Positions 20,087 through 32,577 of a DNA stretch of 64,000 bases are shown piece after piece; position 1 is the first letter of the stretch; every line of letters begins with the position of its first letter. Both the position numbers and the translations under genes were made by a program. The notes below the pieces were generated by a model. The model was not told the DNA's origin and made no database searches. It saw only the letters and a program-made list of their open reading frames with translations. The stretch spans positions 1 to 64,000 of the forward strand of contig CDLV01000018.1 in assembly GCA_001244265.2 (NCBI GenBank), given 5' to 3'. The stretch is from Microbotryum violaceum. Its lineage: Eukaryota.

Positions 20087-20825
20087 TAGTGGGGTCCATG
20101 TCTTGACAGGGTCTTGAGATTCGGCAATGGAGCGCTGGCACAGTGCGTGTCGGTGTCTTCCTCGGTGGAGTCGCCGAGTAAACCGGGGAAATCAGTGTCG
20201 AGGAAGCTGGCATTTCTGCCCAAAATGATCTTCTTAGTCGTTGTGTCGTAGAAACGGAAGGCTTTGGAAGCCAGGTCGTAGCCGGTGAAGAGAACACGAA
20301 CCGCCTTGGGGTCAAGTTTCGAGCGAAGTTCGGGCGCGACCGTGAGCCAAGCTGTGCAGCCGAACGGGTGAAGCGCCAAGGCGTGGGCACGCTTGCCCTG
20401 CCAGACGGAGTTCGGTGTTTCCTTGTCGAGGGCCGAGTGTTGACACAGATTCTTGCAGTATACGAAATAAGCTGCGGCCTCCTCCCAGAATGTCTTGGGT
20501 AAGTGTGCGTCCGCAAGAAGTGCAAGCACGCCTTCGACGATGGAACGATTGACCCGCTCTGCACGACCGTTCTGTTGAGGTGTTCGAGGGATAGAGTATT
20601 GTCGGCGTGTGCCGCGTGCCTTGCAGAAATCCGTGAACGCTTTCGAACGGTATTCGCCACCGTTGTCGGTTCGGAGGACCTTCAGTGTTGCACCCGTCTC
20701 GAGTTCGACTTCGGCAAGCCAAGTCTTGAACACGCCGAACACTTCGCTTTTGTGTCCGATTGCGTAGGCCCAGAGTTTGCGGGAGTAATCGTCGAGGAAC
20801 GTGACAAGGTACTGTTTGCCAGTCA

Positions 20826-21119
<294 letters not shown>

Positions 21120-22808
21120 TCAGCGTCCAGCAAGTAGAGCCTGTCGTCGAGTCTTGCGCCTTCAGCAATGTTGTTGCCGTCTTTGTCAATGTGTATGCCG
21201 TATTTCGTGAAGGCGACGCGGACGTCGTCGGTGTCGCAGAGACGTGAGACCGAGAGAAGGTTGACAGGCAGGCCTGGAGTGTGCAGCACACCAGTGAGCG
21301 TGATTGGATGACCCGAGGCGGCAACGAAGGCAATGTTTCCCGTCCCGATTGCGTTAATGCCCCCTGCAATACCACCAATCTTTGTAGGAGCGACGTGTCG
21401 ATAGTTCGTGAACAGTGACTTGTCCGAGACCATGTGCGAAGTGGCGCCTGAGTCAATGACGAAGGAGTTGGCGCGAAGCTGGCAACAATGAGCGAGAAGG
21501 CTGGTAGCGAGACATCCGACATGGTGTTGCGAGTTGGCGGTCGAGTTCGCCGTGTCGGCCTTTTTGCCGTTCTCGAGAGCCTTTTTGCAGTCGGAAGACC
21601 AGTGATTCTGCTTGCAGGAGCGACAGGGTCCTGGCGGCGGGTGTTTCGCTCTCACAGGGCACTCCGCCACACGGTGCGAAGGGCTGCGACAGGCAAGACA
21701 CTTGGGACGGGTAGGACGTGACGACGACGAGGCAAGAAGGGCCGATTGGGTGCTGGGGACGTTGGTGGACCGGAGTTGAACACGCATGCGGTCGGCGAGT
21801 GAATCGATGGCAGGGAGAGATCGTTGGGTGCGCTGTTCGTCGGTGAATGACGCCTTGAAGCTCTCGAGGGACGGGTGTGCAATGGTGAGGAGTGTGGCGA
21901 GAACATCATTGATAGTCGTCTTTGTATCGATGATTTCTTGCGCAATGGCTTTGAACTCCATGATCCAACCGTCGAATTCGCCAACGGTGCCGGGCATGGG
22001 CCGGAAACTCCATAGTCGTGAGAAGAGCTCGAGCGTGCGAGTGGCGTCATCCGGAGCATACCGCGATTTCAGCGTCGAATAGATTTTGGGCACTGTGAGG
22101 TCGGCGGTAGGGATTTGGTCGAGGACTGCCAAGACGTCGGCTGAGTCGATCGAGTTCGCTAGGAGCTCACGTGCCACGACATTGCGTGCAGAGCGGTGCG
22201 AAGGTGTCCAGTTGGCGGGCACGATCCCGTCGAGGACATATGAGCGGATGTCGTCCGCGAGGCAGAGGCGAAGCTGGCGTGTCCAGCTCGCAAACGTCTT
22301 GGGCCCATCCAAGCGTGCGTGCTTGGGAAAGGCGGTGCGAGAGGTGCCGGACGATGTGGCGGATGTGGCAGTGGTGAGACCCGACAGCAGCGACGTAAGT
22401 GCGGCGAGCTGTTTGGCGGGGATTGTTGGGTGGGCACCCGTCGTTAGGGGTGACGACGTGTCCATGCCAGCGGTAGGTCGATGGGCAAATAACCTATGAG
22501 ACGATCACCACAACTGTCAGGAGAGGTTGAGAGTTGAACAGCAGTGATGAAAAGGAAGCTAAGAAACAAAAGGGGGGCCCGCGCTGGGATAGGCCCAGCC
22601 GCGGGTGAACTTGCTAGGGCGCCGAGGCAGCTGCACGCGTCTAAGTCGCCACCTCAAGGGGGCGGCCTAGCGGCGCGCGCGCCGAGTCCGCTGGCGCCTG
22701 CTCGCTGAGGCAGTCGCGCGCGCCTAAGTCCCCACCGCAAGGGGGCGGGCTAGTGGGTGCGCGCGACGATCGAGGCGCCTCTGTCGAGCTGAGAGTGGAC
22801 TCTTCACA

Positions 22809-22957
22809 CTTTGATCTGCGCAGCGCTCTTTGCGTGCAGGGGTTTGATTTTCACCCAGCTGCTTGTCGTTGTTGCTTTATTACCTCTTTTAGCCCTTTTT
22901 GTAGTGATTCTAGCCAACCCGAAGGATCGTAATTTATGAGCCCAGTTAAACAAAAAA
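22809..22957 (+). mobile_element. 3'-terminal fragment of LINE family 1 with A-rich tail
   Basis: Diverged reverse complement of ~24227-24366, followed by AAACAAAAAA. Confidence 0.85.
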
Positions 22958-25096
22958 CACTTTCACTTTCACTTTCGAAATTGCGCCACCCGCCACCTTT
23001 GAAGCTACAAGTGATACATCAGCCTACATTAGCATGGAGACCGGCAACACCGGCCCACCCCACCATCGGCGTCCGCGGCAATAAGCATCCCAATTGGGAC
23101 AAAGGAGACGCAAGTCCCTATCGCCACTGCGACCTATGCCACCGCTGCAATTCAAAAGACCAAGCAAACTCCCGAGCAGCAGACCCAACAACAACACCGT
23201 GCCAAGGCTTTGACCCAAATGTTCGAAGTCATGGGTGCTGTACCGGGCAATTACACCAACCGGTTGCAAGCCACCTTTGCCATGGACGAGTACCCTGTTG
23301 CTACCGCTACATCGCTCAAGTATTTGGCTCTCAACGCCAATTGATCCATTTGAAACATCTTTGACTTTGCTCTCGACGTTACTTTGACTGTCCAAGGCGC
23401 CTCAAAGGCCTCTCCCGGGGACAAGGCCGATCTGCTCGGTTGCGTCACGAGACTGCTCTCCCCGCAATCACCCCTGTGCTTCGACGCCGAGCTCACCCTT
23501 CCCAAGCACCTTGCGGCGTTTGCGCCCCAGATTAGGGGTATCCAACACTCGTCTTTCGTCAGGGCCGGTGTGGTCAACCACTGTATCTCCGTGGGATTTG
23601 TTTTGGTGAAGGCACGTGACTCGGGGCTTACGGCCCCACTGGCGCTTACTTGGCACTCTGCAAAGGCTCACTTTGCAAAGGCCCACCACTTCTACCACAA
23701 CATGGTCGAGCTGCGTATCAACGTCGGTGTCGCAGTGGTCCCATCCAGGGATGCCATTGTTGACTCTTTTAAATCAATTGTTACCAAAATCACAGCCAAG
23801 GGACACCGTTGCGAGCTGGTACAAGTCTTGCGCGCGATCCACGTCGATAACGACTCGGCCTATGCGCACTTGGCCGGCGAGTTTCGGCCTTTATCCGCTT
23901 CAACAATGATGCCCTTTTCAAAGCCCCTAACAACACGCTGAAGGAGCTCCTACCGTCGAAGGTCTCTCTAGCCACAAGAGGCAACATGCATACGGCGGTT
24001 CGTCACGACTATGAACAAGAGGCGGCCTGTGCTCGGTGCCACTTTGTGGGGCATGTGGAGACCTGCGCACTGGAACAGGAGAGGAGCCAGTGTAAGGCCC
24101 GTGCGCCTGGGCCTTAGGAAGAGGGGACGCGCGCCTGGGCACTCTTAGTCTCTCTCCAGCAACTGATACGAGTGTCCAGGTGAGCACAAGGTGGATCAGA
24201 AGGCATTGTCATACTTTTTTTTTTTTGACTGGGGCTCATAAATTGCAATCCTTCGGGTTGGCTGGGACCGCTACAAAAAGAGCTAAAGGAGGTTATAAAG
24301 CAACGACGGCAAGCAGTTGGGTGAAAGTCAAACCCCTGCGCGCAAAGAGCGCTGCGCAGATCAAAACTCGCCAAGCACCTAACGCGGACTCCAACGGGCG
24401 GTGAGTACTGCTGCCGCTTCACATCCCAAGAGCGGGAGCAAAGATACTCGAAAACCAGGCAAGAGCGCCTAGAGAAAGAAGGGGGAGAGTATACAGAAAG
24501 TCACGACTGGGGATACGGAGAACCAGGAATACTAAGACAGAGAGGAGAGGAACACACCCGAGGGGCCAAGGTAGGGGGTCGAAGCCGGAGGTAGAGGTCC
24601 CCAGGGACTAACAGGCCGCAGCCAAGCCCCAGCTACTCGTCACCCCGACAGCGCCTGATGTCCTCCCTTGGCTGAATCTCGAGTGCTGGCTGTTGAGCCG
24701 TCGGGGCCGAGAGAAAAGCGATCCAGTACAACGAAACGAGCCTCGCCTTGACGCGAGGATATTGACCAGAAACGAGCGACCTTCGTTCCCAAGCCATGCC
24801 GTAGATCTTGACCAACGCGAACGAACGAACCATTCAACGGAATCCAACACACGGCTTAGGAGTAAAAGGAGAAGTGGCTGAAGCGTAGTCAACAACCGAG
24901 CAACAGGAACGAGAAGAGGAAGGGAAGGGAAAAAAGGGGGGAAAGGAGAGGGAAAAACTTCACAAAGCCTCCAACGCAAAGACAATCGACCTGGCTTGCC
25001 GATCCATCCAAGAACAAAAAACCGCTACTGCGCAAAGTGGAGAGAGAGAGAGAGAGAGGTGCGCAGCCTTCCACTGCGCAACAAGTTCCAAGACAG

Positions 25097-28000
25097 TCAG
25101 CTTCTAAAAGAGGAGTCGACCTCCGAAAAAGAGGGGAGGAAAATGGGAAGGAAGGACTTAACTCGGTCACCACACCTCCCAATCTCGAGCCCCAGGCACA
25201 AAACCCGCTCGAGAGAGAAAATCTCGCTCAAACGCTCTGAGTGCACTGGGGAGCGAGGGAGGGGCCACGACCTTGTCCAGCTCGAACCGCTGATGAACGC
25301 GCCAGCGGAGCAGGTGCAGCCGCTGGAAGCCGATCGCGCAAGCCAGCCGAACCCACATCCATTTCGAGGTCGTTCTCCCACGACCCGCAAAAGGGGGAGC
25401 CCCATAGTCAGCTGCTCCGGAGTGAACGTCGACGGATCGACGTCGGTATCCTCGATGCCCAGCTTGTCGAACAGAATGCGAAGCACCCCACCCAGAAGCT
25501 GGTCGAGTACGCGCACTCGAAGAAGTAGTGCGACACCGTCTCGATGACCACTGCATTGTTGCCGCAGAACAGACACGTCGGCGAAGAGGCATGTCCCTGA
25601 GTATGCTGCCTCTTGCGCGTCGGCGTCACGTCGTACATGAGCCGCCAGTGGGTGTCCTGCTCCACAGCAGACGCGAACCGGTCATGAAGCCATCTCCAGA
25701 AGCGCTTCCTATCGCTCTGAGAAGACCCATCACGGAAACGCTTGACACGATCCTCCCTCCCTGGGAACCGAACCACGTTCACAAGCCGACGAAGCTTGCG
25801 AATCGTAAAAGGTTGGGTGAGCCCAAAGAAGTTGAAGCACCGAGGACGGGGAGCCTCCTTGAGAGGTATCCGAGCAGGTCGCAACGCGGTCTTGGGCAGC
25901 AAGGCTTTCGCCTTGAGCAACTGACCCACGCGCGACCACACGTGCTCGTGCTGTAGGGCGGGTTCCTTAGAGTGCTGCCAGAACCCGCGTCAATGACCAA
26001 CCAGAGCCCAGCCCTTCCCTTCGTCCCTCCAGTACAGGTCCGCGATCTGCGCAAACTTCGCCACTGCGTCCGCATCGTCATATGCGTGCTTGGCACCTTC
26101 AGCATAGAGTGAAGGGAGGCGAGGCGGAAGCGAGAGCAATTCGGGAGCGTAAGGAGTTCGGACTTGATGGTTGGAACTGTGACCCTGGCAGCTGCAACGA
26201 CTGCCCCCCAGCGCGTCGAGTCGCGATACAGCTTCTCGACCCGAGCCGTGCTGCTGAAGAACCCCCACGGACTGAAATCGCGGGTCGCAGCGACGAGGGA
26301 CCTCCAGCTCTCGCGAGCTAGGGGCGCCCAGATCGCCTCGTTCGAGCCCGCCACAGCATCCCAAAATCGAAGCGCCACCGAATGAACGATGTCGCCGATT
26401 GAAATCAAGCCCAAGCCACCGTCCTCCGAGCCTGGAACACGAAATCGCGAGCGACGGTATTTCGCCCTGCTCCTCCCCAAACAAAATCCGTAAGTGCTGT
26501 CTCCGCCGCCTTAATGAACCATTGAGGCGGTATGTCGAAGGACAGCACGTGGAGGACCGTCGAGATGATGTGAGCGTTGGCATAGAAGACCTTCCCACTT
26601 GGCGAAAGTGTCCGGTCTCCAGCGGCGCGGGTCTTGGCCTTGATCCTGTCAAGAACATGGGTCCAAAACAGTTTCGAGTCACCGTGGCGAAAGAAGGCAT
26701 AGCTGCACCACTTGAAGCTCTCCCCTCCTGCACCGTTGGCAGCGCCTGCGCAGTCTCGTCCCGAAGCCAGTTCGGTCCGAGTGGTAGCACCAGCGTCTTG
26801 TCCGTGTTGGTCTTCCGTTGGTTGCCTCGTACCACGTCTGCGACAGCGTTTCCAGCTTCGACAATGCCGCCGGTGACTCCACCACCACCACAGCATCGTC
26901 GGCAAACGCCAGATGCGTAAGCTGCGCACGCGGCCCCCCTGGCCACACCTTCTGCAGGTCGAGCGCGATCCCGCGCCGAACGAGGGCGTTGAGGAAGGGC
27001 TGGAACGTGATGTTCCAAACCGGGCACGAGAGGGGATCCCCCTGACCGAGACCACACAGCAACCGCACCAACTCCGTGGGGAACCCATTGATGAGGTAGC
27101 GCACCCCCAGAGTCTCGGGATCGTACAGAGCGCGCAGCAGGGAAATGAAACGCTCACCAAAGCCAAAGGCCTCAAAGACGTCGAAGATCCATGCGTGATC
27201 GACTCGATCGTACGCGCTCTGCTGATCCAAGGACAAGAGGGCGCCCTCGGGGAAAACTTCAGTGCCTAGCAACTTGAGTTTTTCGAGAAGGAGAGTGAGA
27301 TGACTTCCCGCGTCTGCTGAACGTCTTGATGGCATGAACCCGTGTTGCGCCGGCGGCAAAAGCTCGCCGAGCACCCCATTGAGTCGCGCCACCAAGACCT
27401 TGCTGAGGACCTTGTAGGTTGTCTCGCGCAGTGTGATCGGTCGATATGCCCCAGTGATTTCAGATTGGCCCCGGTTTGTTCTTGGGCAAAAGCCGCACCA
27501 GCCCCTCTGCCAAGGACGCCGTCATTTTGCCGCCCCCAAATCGAGTTGAACAAGTCCAACAGCTTGGGAGCGAAGTAGGTCGGCAGCGCCTTGAAAAGCT
27601 CATACGGAATGCCCGAAGGCCCCGGTGATCGCCCTGAATCCGTCTTCTTCAACGCCGCTTCGACCTCGGAAAGGTTGAAGGGCTCGTCAAGCGCCACTCT
27701 GGCTTGAAGGGGCAGCCGACGACCGAACGTAGGGTCCGAGCGGTCGTCATCGTAGCATTTCGCCGCGCGAATAGGGTCGAGCAGGGACCGACGTGGGTTC
27801 GTCGGGTCGCCACGAGCTGGGTCCGGCGTGAAGAGCGACTGTGCGTGCCGTGAAGCAATACCCAGCGCCTCCTGCATGTCAACGGTCTCGGTGCCATCCA
27901 CATCCTCCAGCGAGACGATGCTCGTCTGGCGACTCCGGCGGTTGAGACGCGTGCGAATGCTTGCCGATTGACCTTCCCTCGAGTCGACTGACGGCACATG

Positions 28001-29159
28001 CGCACGAATGCGCAGCCACTGAGCCTCCTTTACCGCCAACTGATCCAACTGCGACTTGGCGAGAGCATACGCATCGCGCTCGGCCTCATTCATATGTTCA
28101 CGCGTGCCTCCAGCGCCTCCATGACGGATTGGTTCTCGGCCCGCAGTCGGCGCATGTCGGCACGAGTCGAGCGGTATCGTGCATGGCCAGCGACTGCAAC
28201 CGCCCGCAGAGCGGCGTCATAGACGTCGCCGAGCGGAGCGGTCCCCTCGAGCCTTCGATAGACCTCGTCGACGACCCCGGGAATCGATGCGACAAAGTCT
28301 TGATCGTCAAAGACCGTTGGGTTGAGCCTCGAAATGAAATCGCTCGTAGAGGGAAGAGAAAGGGGGGTTCGGCATCAGCGTTCAATGTAGGCAATGCGAA
28401 AGTCGCAACTACAGGTCTGTGGTCCGAGCAGGGCGCATCGAAAAGTGTGGAAGCGCTCAACAACCGGTTTGCCCAATTGCGCTGGACAAGGATATAATCG
28501 ATCCGCGACCACGAGCAGATTTCTCGTTTGTCCCCCCTACCAAGGTAGTGAGGGCGAGTGAATGCCGGGGTGATGGGATGGAGTTGTCGGATCGTGTTGA
28601 GTGGGTTGAATGCGATCTTTGACAGCAAGGTCTGCCAGTGCGATACAGGAGTCCAAGCGCGATCGGTGATGGCCACTCGGTCGACCGATACATCCGGACA
28701 ATCATTGAGATCGCCGGCCAAGATCCGAAGAGTCTTGGGCCCCGGAGCGGTGAAGTGCAGGAGCCCGTAGAAGTCGCGACGTTCTTCCCCCTTGACCGGC
28801 GCATACATGTTGATGATCTCGATATCGAGCTCCTCAAGACGAAACACCGAGCGCAGGATCCGACCGTCGAATTGAGGGGCTTCTGCAAACACGACCGGGG
28901 TAGAGGAGAGGAGGCGGCCCGCCAGAGGTGAGCCATCGGGTATAAGGGTAAGGACATGAGGTGCGAAACGAATACAAGCTCCTGGCCAAGCACTCTCGAA
29001 GCCTTCGCGCAACGCATTGTAGCTGAGGTGGTGCTCTTGCAGGAGAATGGCCGCAGGGGCCGGCCGAAGGGTTTTGAGATAGCGGATGATTTTGACTTGG
29101 TTGACTGCGTTCTTGATCGATCGGACGTTGAACGTCAACACGGTGAGGGACTCAATCAT
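25097..29159 (-). CDS. LINE family 1 ORF2: AP endonuclease, reverse transcriptase, CCHC finger (frameshifted as assembled)
   Basis: [50 protein letters not shown]...[10 protein letters not shown]. Confidence 0.88.
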
Positions 29160-29196
29160 GAATAAATTGGATCAGCGCCGCCCCCCTCGAATTCGG

Positions 29197-30847
29197 TCAT
29201 CTCGGACCTGTGACCCCCTGAACTGTTGCCCCTGAGCCGTCACCCCCTGATGCACCGAGGATCATGGCGGATCCCGCCCGGCTGACACGTTGGTTGCCGG
29301 GTGCCGAGCTCCAACAAAGGCGTCGAGGACTCGTCGAGGCTATCGAGGTCGTCGAGGTTGCCGATGATTCCGACGTGCCGCCGGACAAAGGCGATGCCGG
29401 AGCAGAAGCAGAAGGCGAAGGAGAGGTCGGGGTCGAAACGGGCGCCGCTGTCGTCGTCTGCGTCTCCTTTGTTGGGCCCGTGGTCGCACGGGTCAACATC
29501 TCTTTCCCAGTGTCGCCGCCCTCCGGTTCGGTCAAAGCGACCGATTCGCCGTCGTCGTCGTTGTCGTCACCGTCGCCGTTGTTCGCATCGTCCTTGTTGC
29601 CGGTCGCGGCACCTGCGGGGTTAGCACGAGGTCCCAGCTGGATCATGTTCGTGCCAGAGGCACGAGAGTTCAATGCGGCAGGCCCACCGTGCTTCCCATT
29701 CTTTCCGGCAACTCGGAAGCCGGTGGTCGAAGTCGAAGTCGAAGTCGAGGCCCCCGGAACAGGGGCGGCGGTGGCCGGAGTCGAAACCGGCTTCCTGCAA
29801 GCCCCCACTGGTGTCCGGCGCGATTGCACACGGCGCAGTAGTGCGTCTCAAATTCGTGTCGCAAGCCGTACTTGGCGCCCAGGATCTCGATCTCTTGTGG
29901 CAAGGCGGCGTTGAGCGCAGCCTTCTGCGTCTCGGTGGAGCCTTGGAAAAGATCAGCATGTAAGCGAAGGTACGCGCAGTGGAACCCGTCTTTGGTCATG
30001 GCCATCGTGTCACCGTTCGGATCGACCGCGAGGCCCGCTGTAATTGCATGAGGGTATACCCTTGCGTGCAACCAGCGTGGCCGAAGGAGGAAGTGAGAGC
30101 ATCATCGAGAGATTTTCGGAGCACGGAAGCGGGAATCGCGCTGGAAGAGGAGGGTAAGGTGAATCGCACCTGGACGATGTGGTTTAGGGGGGAAACACTC
30201 GGGAGCTCGGTGACCATCTCTTTTCCGTGATAGGGGAATGGACCCGCTGCAGCGGCTTCGAGACAGGCCTGGTCGGATTCGAACACGAGCTCGTACATAT
30301 GACGAGCAATTGGGAACCTCTTCATTGCCTTCGTCACGATCGGGTTCAGCTTCACACATTTCGAGAAGAGCTTCTCGACCTCGGGGTCAAGCTCGGTGCC
30401 CTCGGGCCGCGCGAACATGAATGGCGTCTCGGCCAGCCCAAAGTGCTTACGCAGCGCAATCTGTACAGGGCCTCTTGGGGACCCAGTACCATCCATGATG
30501 ACTCGGATCACGTTGGAGGCCGGCATCGCGTCGTTTCGTACCGCCCTTTGAGCAGCTCGTGCGAGAGCCAGCGCCTGCAAAGGCGGGCTGGAAGGGTCAT
30601 GCAACAGTACCATCAGCCGGCGGGTCGACTTGGAGGATGGTACGATGCCAAGGGCTTTGAAAGCCTTCTGCATCGACTTCTCATGGTCCAATTGAGCCTG
30701 AGAAGCCTGGGCAGACCAGGCTGGAGGATTAACGGTTCCTCCAGTGACCGTCTCACGGGTTTCCGTGTTGAGTGATTCATCTCTCAACACGTCACCAGCC
30801 CACGGAGCGTTGGGCGGGTGCGGGGGTGGGCCGGGCGGATCCGGCAT
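29197..30847 (-). CDS. LINE family 1 ORF1 (gag-like, zinc knuckle; frameshifted as assembled)
   Basis: ATG at 30847 (MPDPPGPPP), CAVCNRAGH knuckle, low-complexity C-terminus just upstream of ORF2; the 3' boundary is approximate. Confidence 0.75.
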
Positions 30848-30923
30848 CACTTCTTGTCGACGTCCTGTAGCTCTTGAAGCGGTTGGTGGGCGACTGTACA
30901 CACTTTGTGTGTGTGTGTGTGTG

Positions 30924-31904
30924 TTTTTTTTGTGTTTTTTTTTTTGTTTTTGACTGGGGCTCATAAATTGCAATCCTTCGGGTTGGCTGGGACCGCTACA
31001 AAAAGAGCTAAAGGAGGTTATAAAGCAACGACGGCAAGCAGTTGGGTGAAAGTCAAACCCCTGCGCGCAAAGAGCGCTGCGCAGATCAAAACTCGCCAAG
31101 CACCTAACGCGGACTCCAACGGGCGGTGAGTACTGCTGCCGCTTCACATCCCAAGAGCGGGAGCAAAGATACTCGAAAACCAGGCAAGAGCGCCTAGAGA
31201 AAGAAGGGGGAGAGTATACAGAAAGTCACGACTGGGGATACGGAGAACCAGGAATACTAAGACAGAGAGGAGAGGAACACACCCGAGGGGCCAAGGTAGG
31301 GGGTCGAAGCCGGAGGTAGAGGTCCCCAGGGACTAACAGGCCGCAGCCAAGCCCCAGCTACTCGTCACCCCGACAGCGCCTGATGTCCTCCCTTGGCTGA
31401 ATCTCGAGTGCTGGCTGTTGAGCCGTCGGGGCCGAGAGAAAAGCGATCCAGTACAATGAAACGAGCCTCGCCTTGACGCGAGGATATTGACCAGAAACGA
31501 GCGACCTTCCTTCCCGAGCCATGCCGTAGATCTTGACCAACGCGAACGAACGAACCATTCAACGGAATCCAACACACGGCTTAGGAGTAAAAGGAGAAGT
31601 GGCTGAAGCGTAGTCAACAACCGAGCAACAGGAACGAGAAGAGGAAGGGAAGGGAAAAAAGGGGGGAAAGGAGAGGGAAAAACTTCACAAAGCCTCCAAC
31701 ACAAAGACAATCGACCTGGCTTGCCGATCCATCCAAGAACAAAAAACCGCTACTGCGCAAAGTAGAGAGAGAGAGGGAGAGGTGCGCAGCCTTCCACTGC
31801 GCAACAAGTTCCAAGACAGTCAGCTCACAAAAGAGGAGTCGACCTCCGAAAAAGAAGGGAGGAAAGGAGGGGAGGAAAATGGGAAGGAAGGACTTAACTC
31901 GGTC
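30924..31904 (-). mobile_element. 5'-truncated LINE family 1 copy (~950 bp plus A/C tail)
   Basis: 30952-31904 is near-identical to 24227-25168; flanked by the 16-bp direct repeat TTGTGTGTGTGTGTGT at 30905-30920 and 31905-31920. Confidence 0.92.
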
Positions 31905-32577
31905 TTGTGTGTGTGTGTGTCTTTTTTTTTTTTTTTGTAGAAAACGTTCATCATATTGCCCCAGTTCCTGTTCCCCTGTTTTGGCCTACGGAAAAACTAG
32001 ATGGAAGACTACGATGATAACACAAACCGCCCGCAAAAGTGCGAGAAACGAGCCAAGTCCACCAATCCGAGATTCGGATTCAAATGCCCTAGCCAAGCGG
32101 TTGCTCCCCCCAGGAGACTAATGAGAGAGAGAAAGAAAGATGAAGAGAAAAAAGAAAGAAAAGAAATGTACTAACGACAGAAGGCCCACCCCACAGCCAC
32201 TTCCCACTCGGTCGAGACGAAGACAAGAGCACGACTGCGCAACCACCACGACCCTCGACGCTCCAAGTCTCTGCTCAGTCACAACAAGACGCGGTGAAGG
32301 TCCCTCAAAACCTCCCCCATCGGCAGTCCCTGGCCCCTCAAAGCCGACTTTCTGCCTGTGTCCGCTGATCCCTCCCTTGACTCAGAACCCCGAAGCCGAA
32401 GAGCGCGAGCCACACCGAGTCGACGCCAAATCGCGAGATGGTCCATGATCCGCAACGGTGAACCTGTAACAAATGAAAGATGAAAGCGATCTATTTAGTG
32501 TACAGTAGGAGAAAATGATGTCACGAGAATTTGGTGTGTGTGTGTGGTGGTGGTGGGGGGAAAGTCAAACCCAGCCT

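Larger units (their letters stand above)
24215..30900 (-). mobile_element. L1/Tx1-like LINE family 1, apparently full length
   Basis: ORF1, ORF2, ~870-nt 3' UTR and A12 tail (24215-24226). Confidence 0.93.

Noticed and set aside
22809-22813. CTTTG flanking A2 equals the LTR C TSD at 6093 and 6533
   Set aside because: Different element family and context; a 5-bp coincidence
24231-24241. TTATGAGCCC at the LINE1 3' end matches the Copia PBS / tRNA-iMet arm
   Set aside because: Only 10 nt with no further tRNA similarity; could be chance
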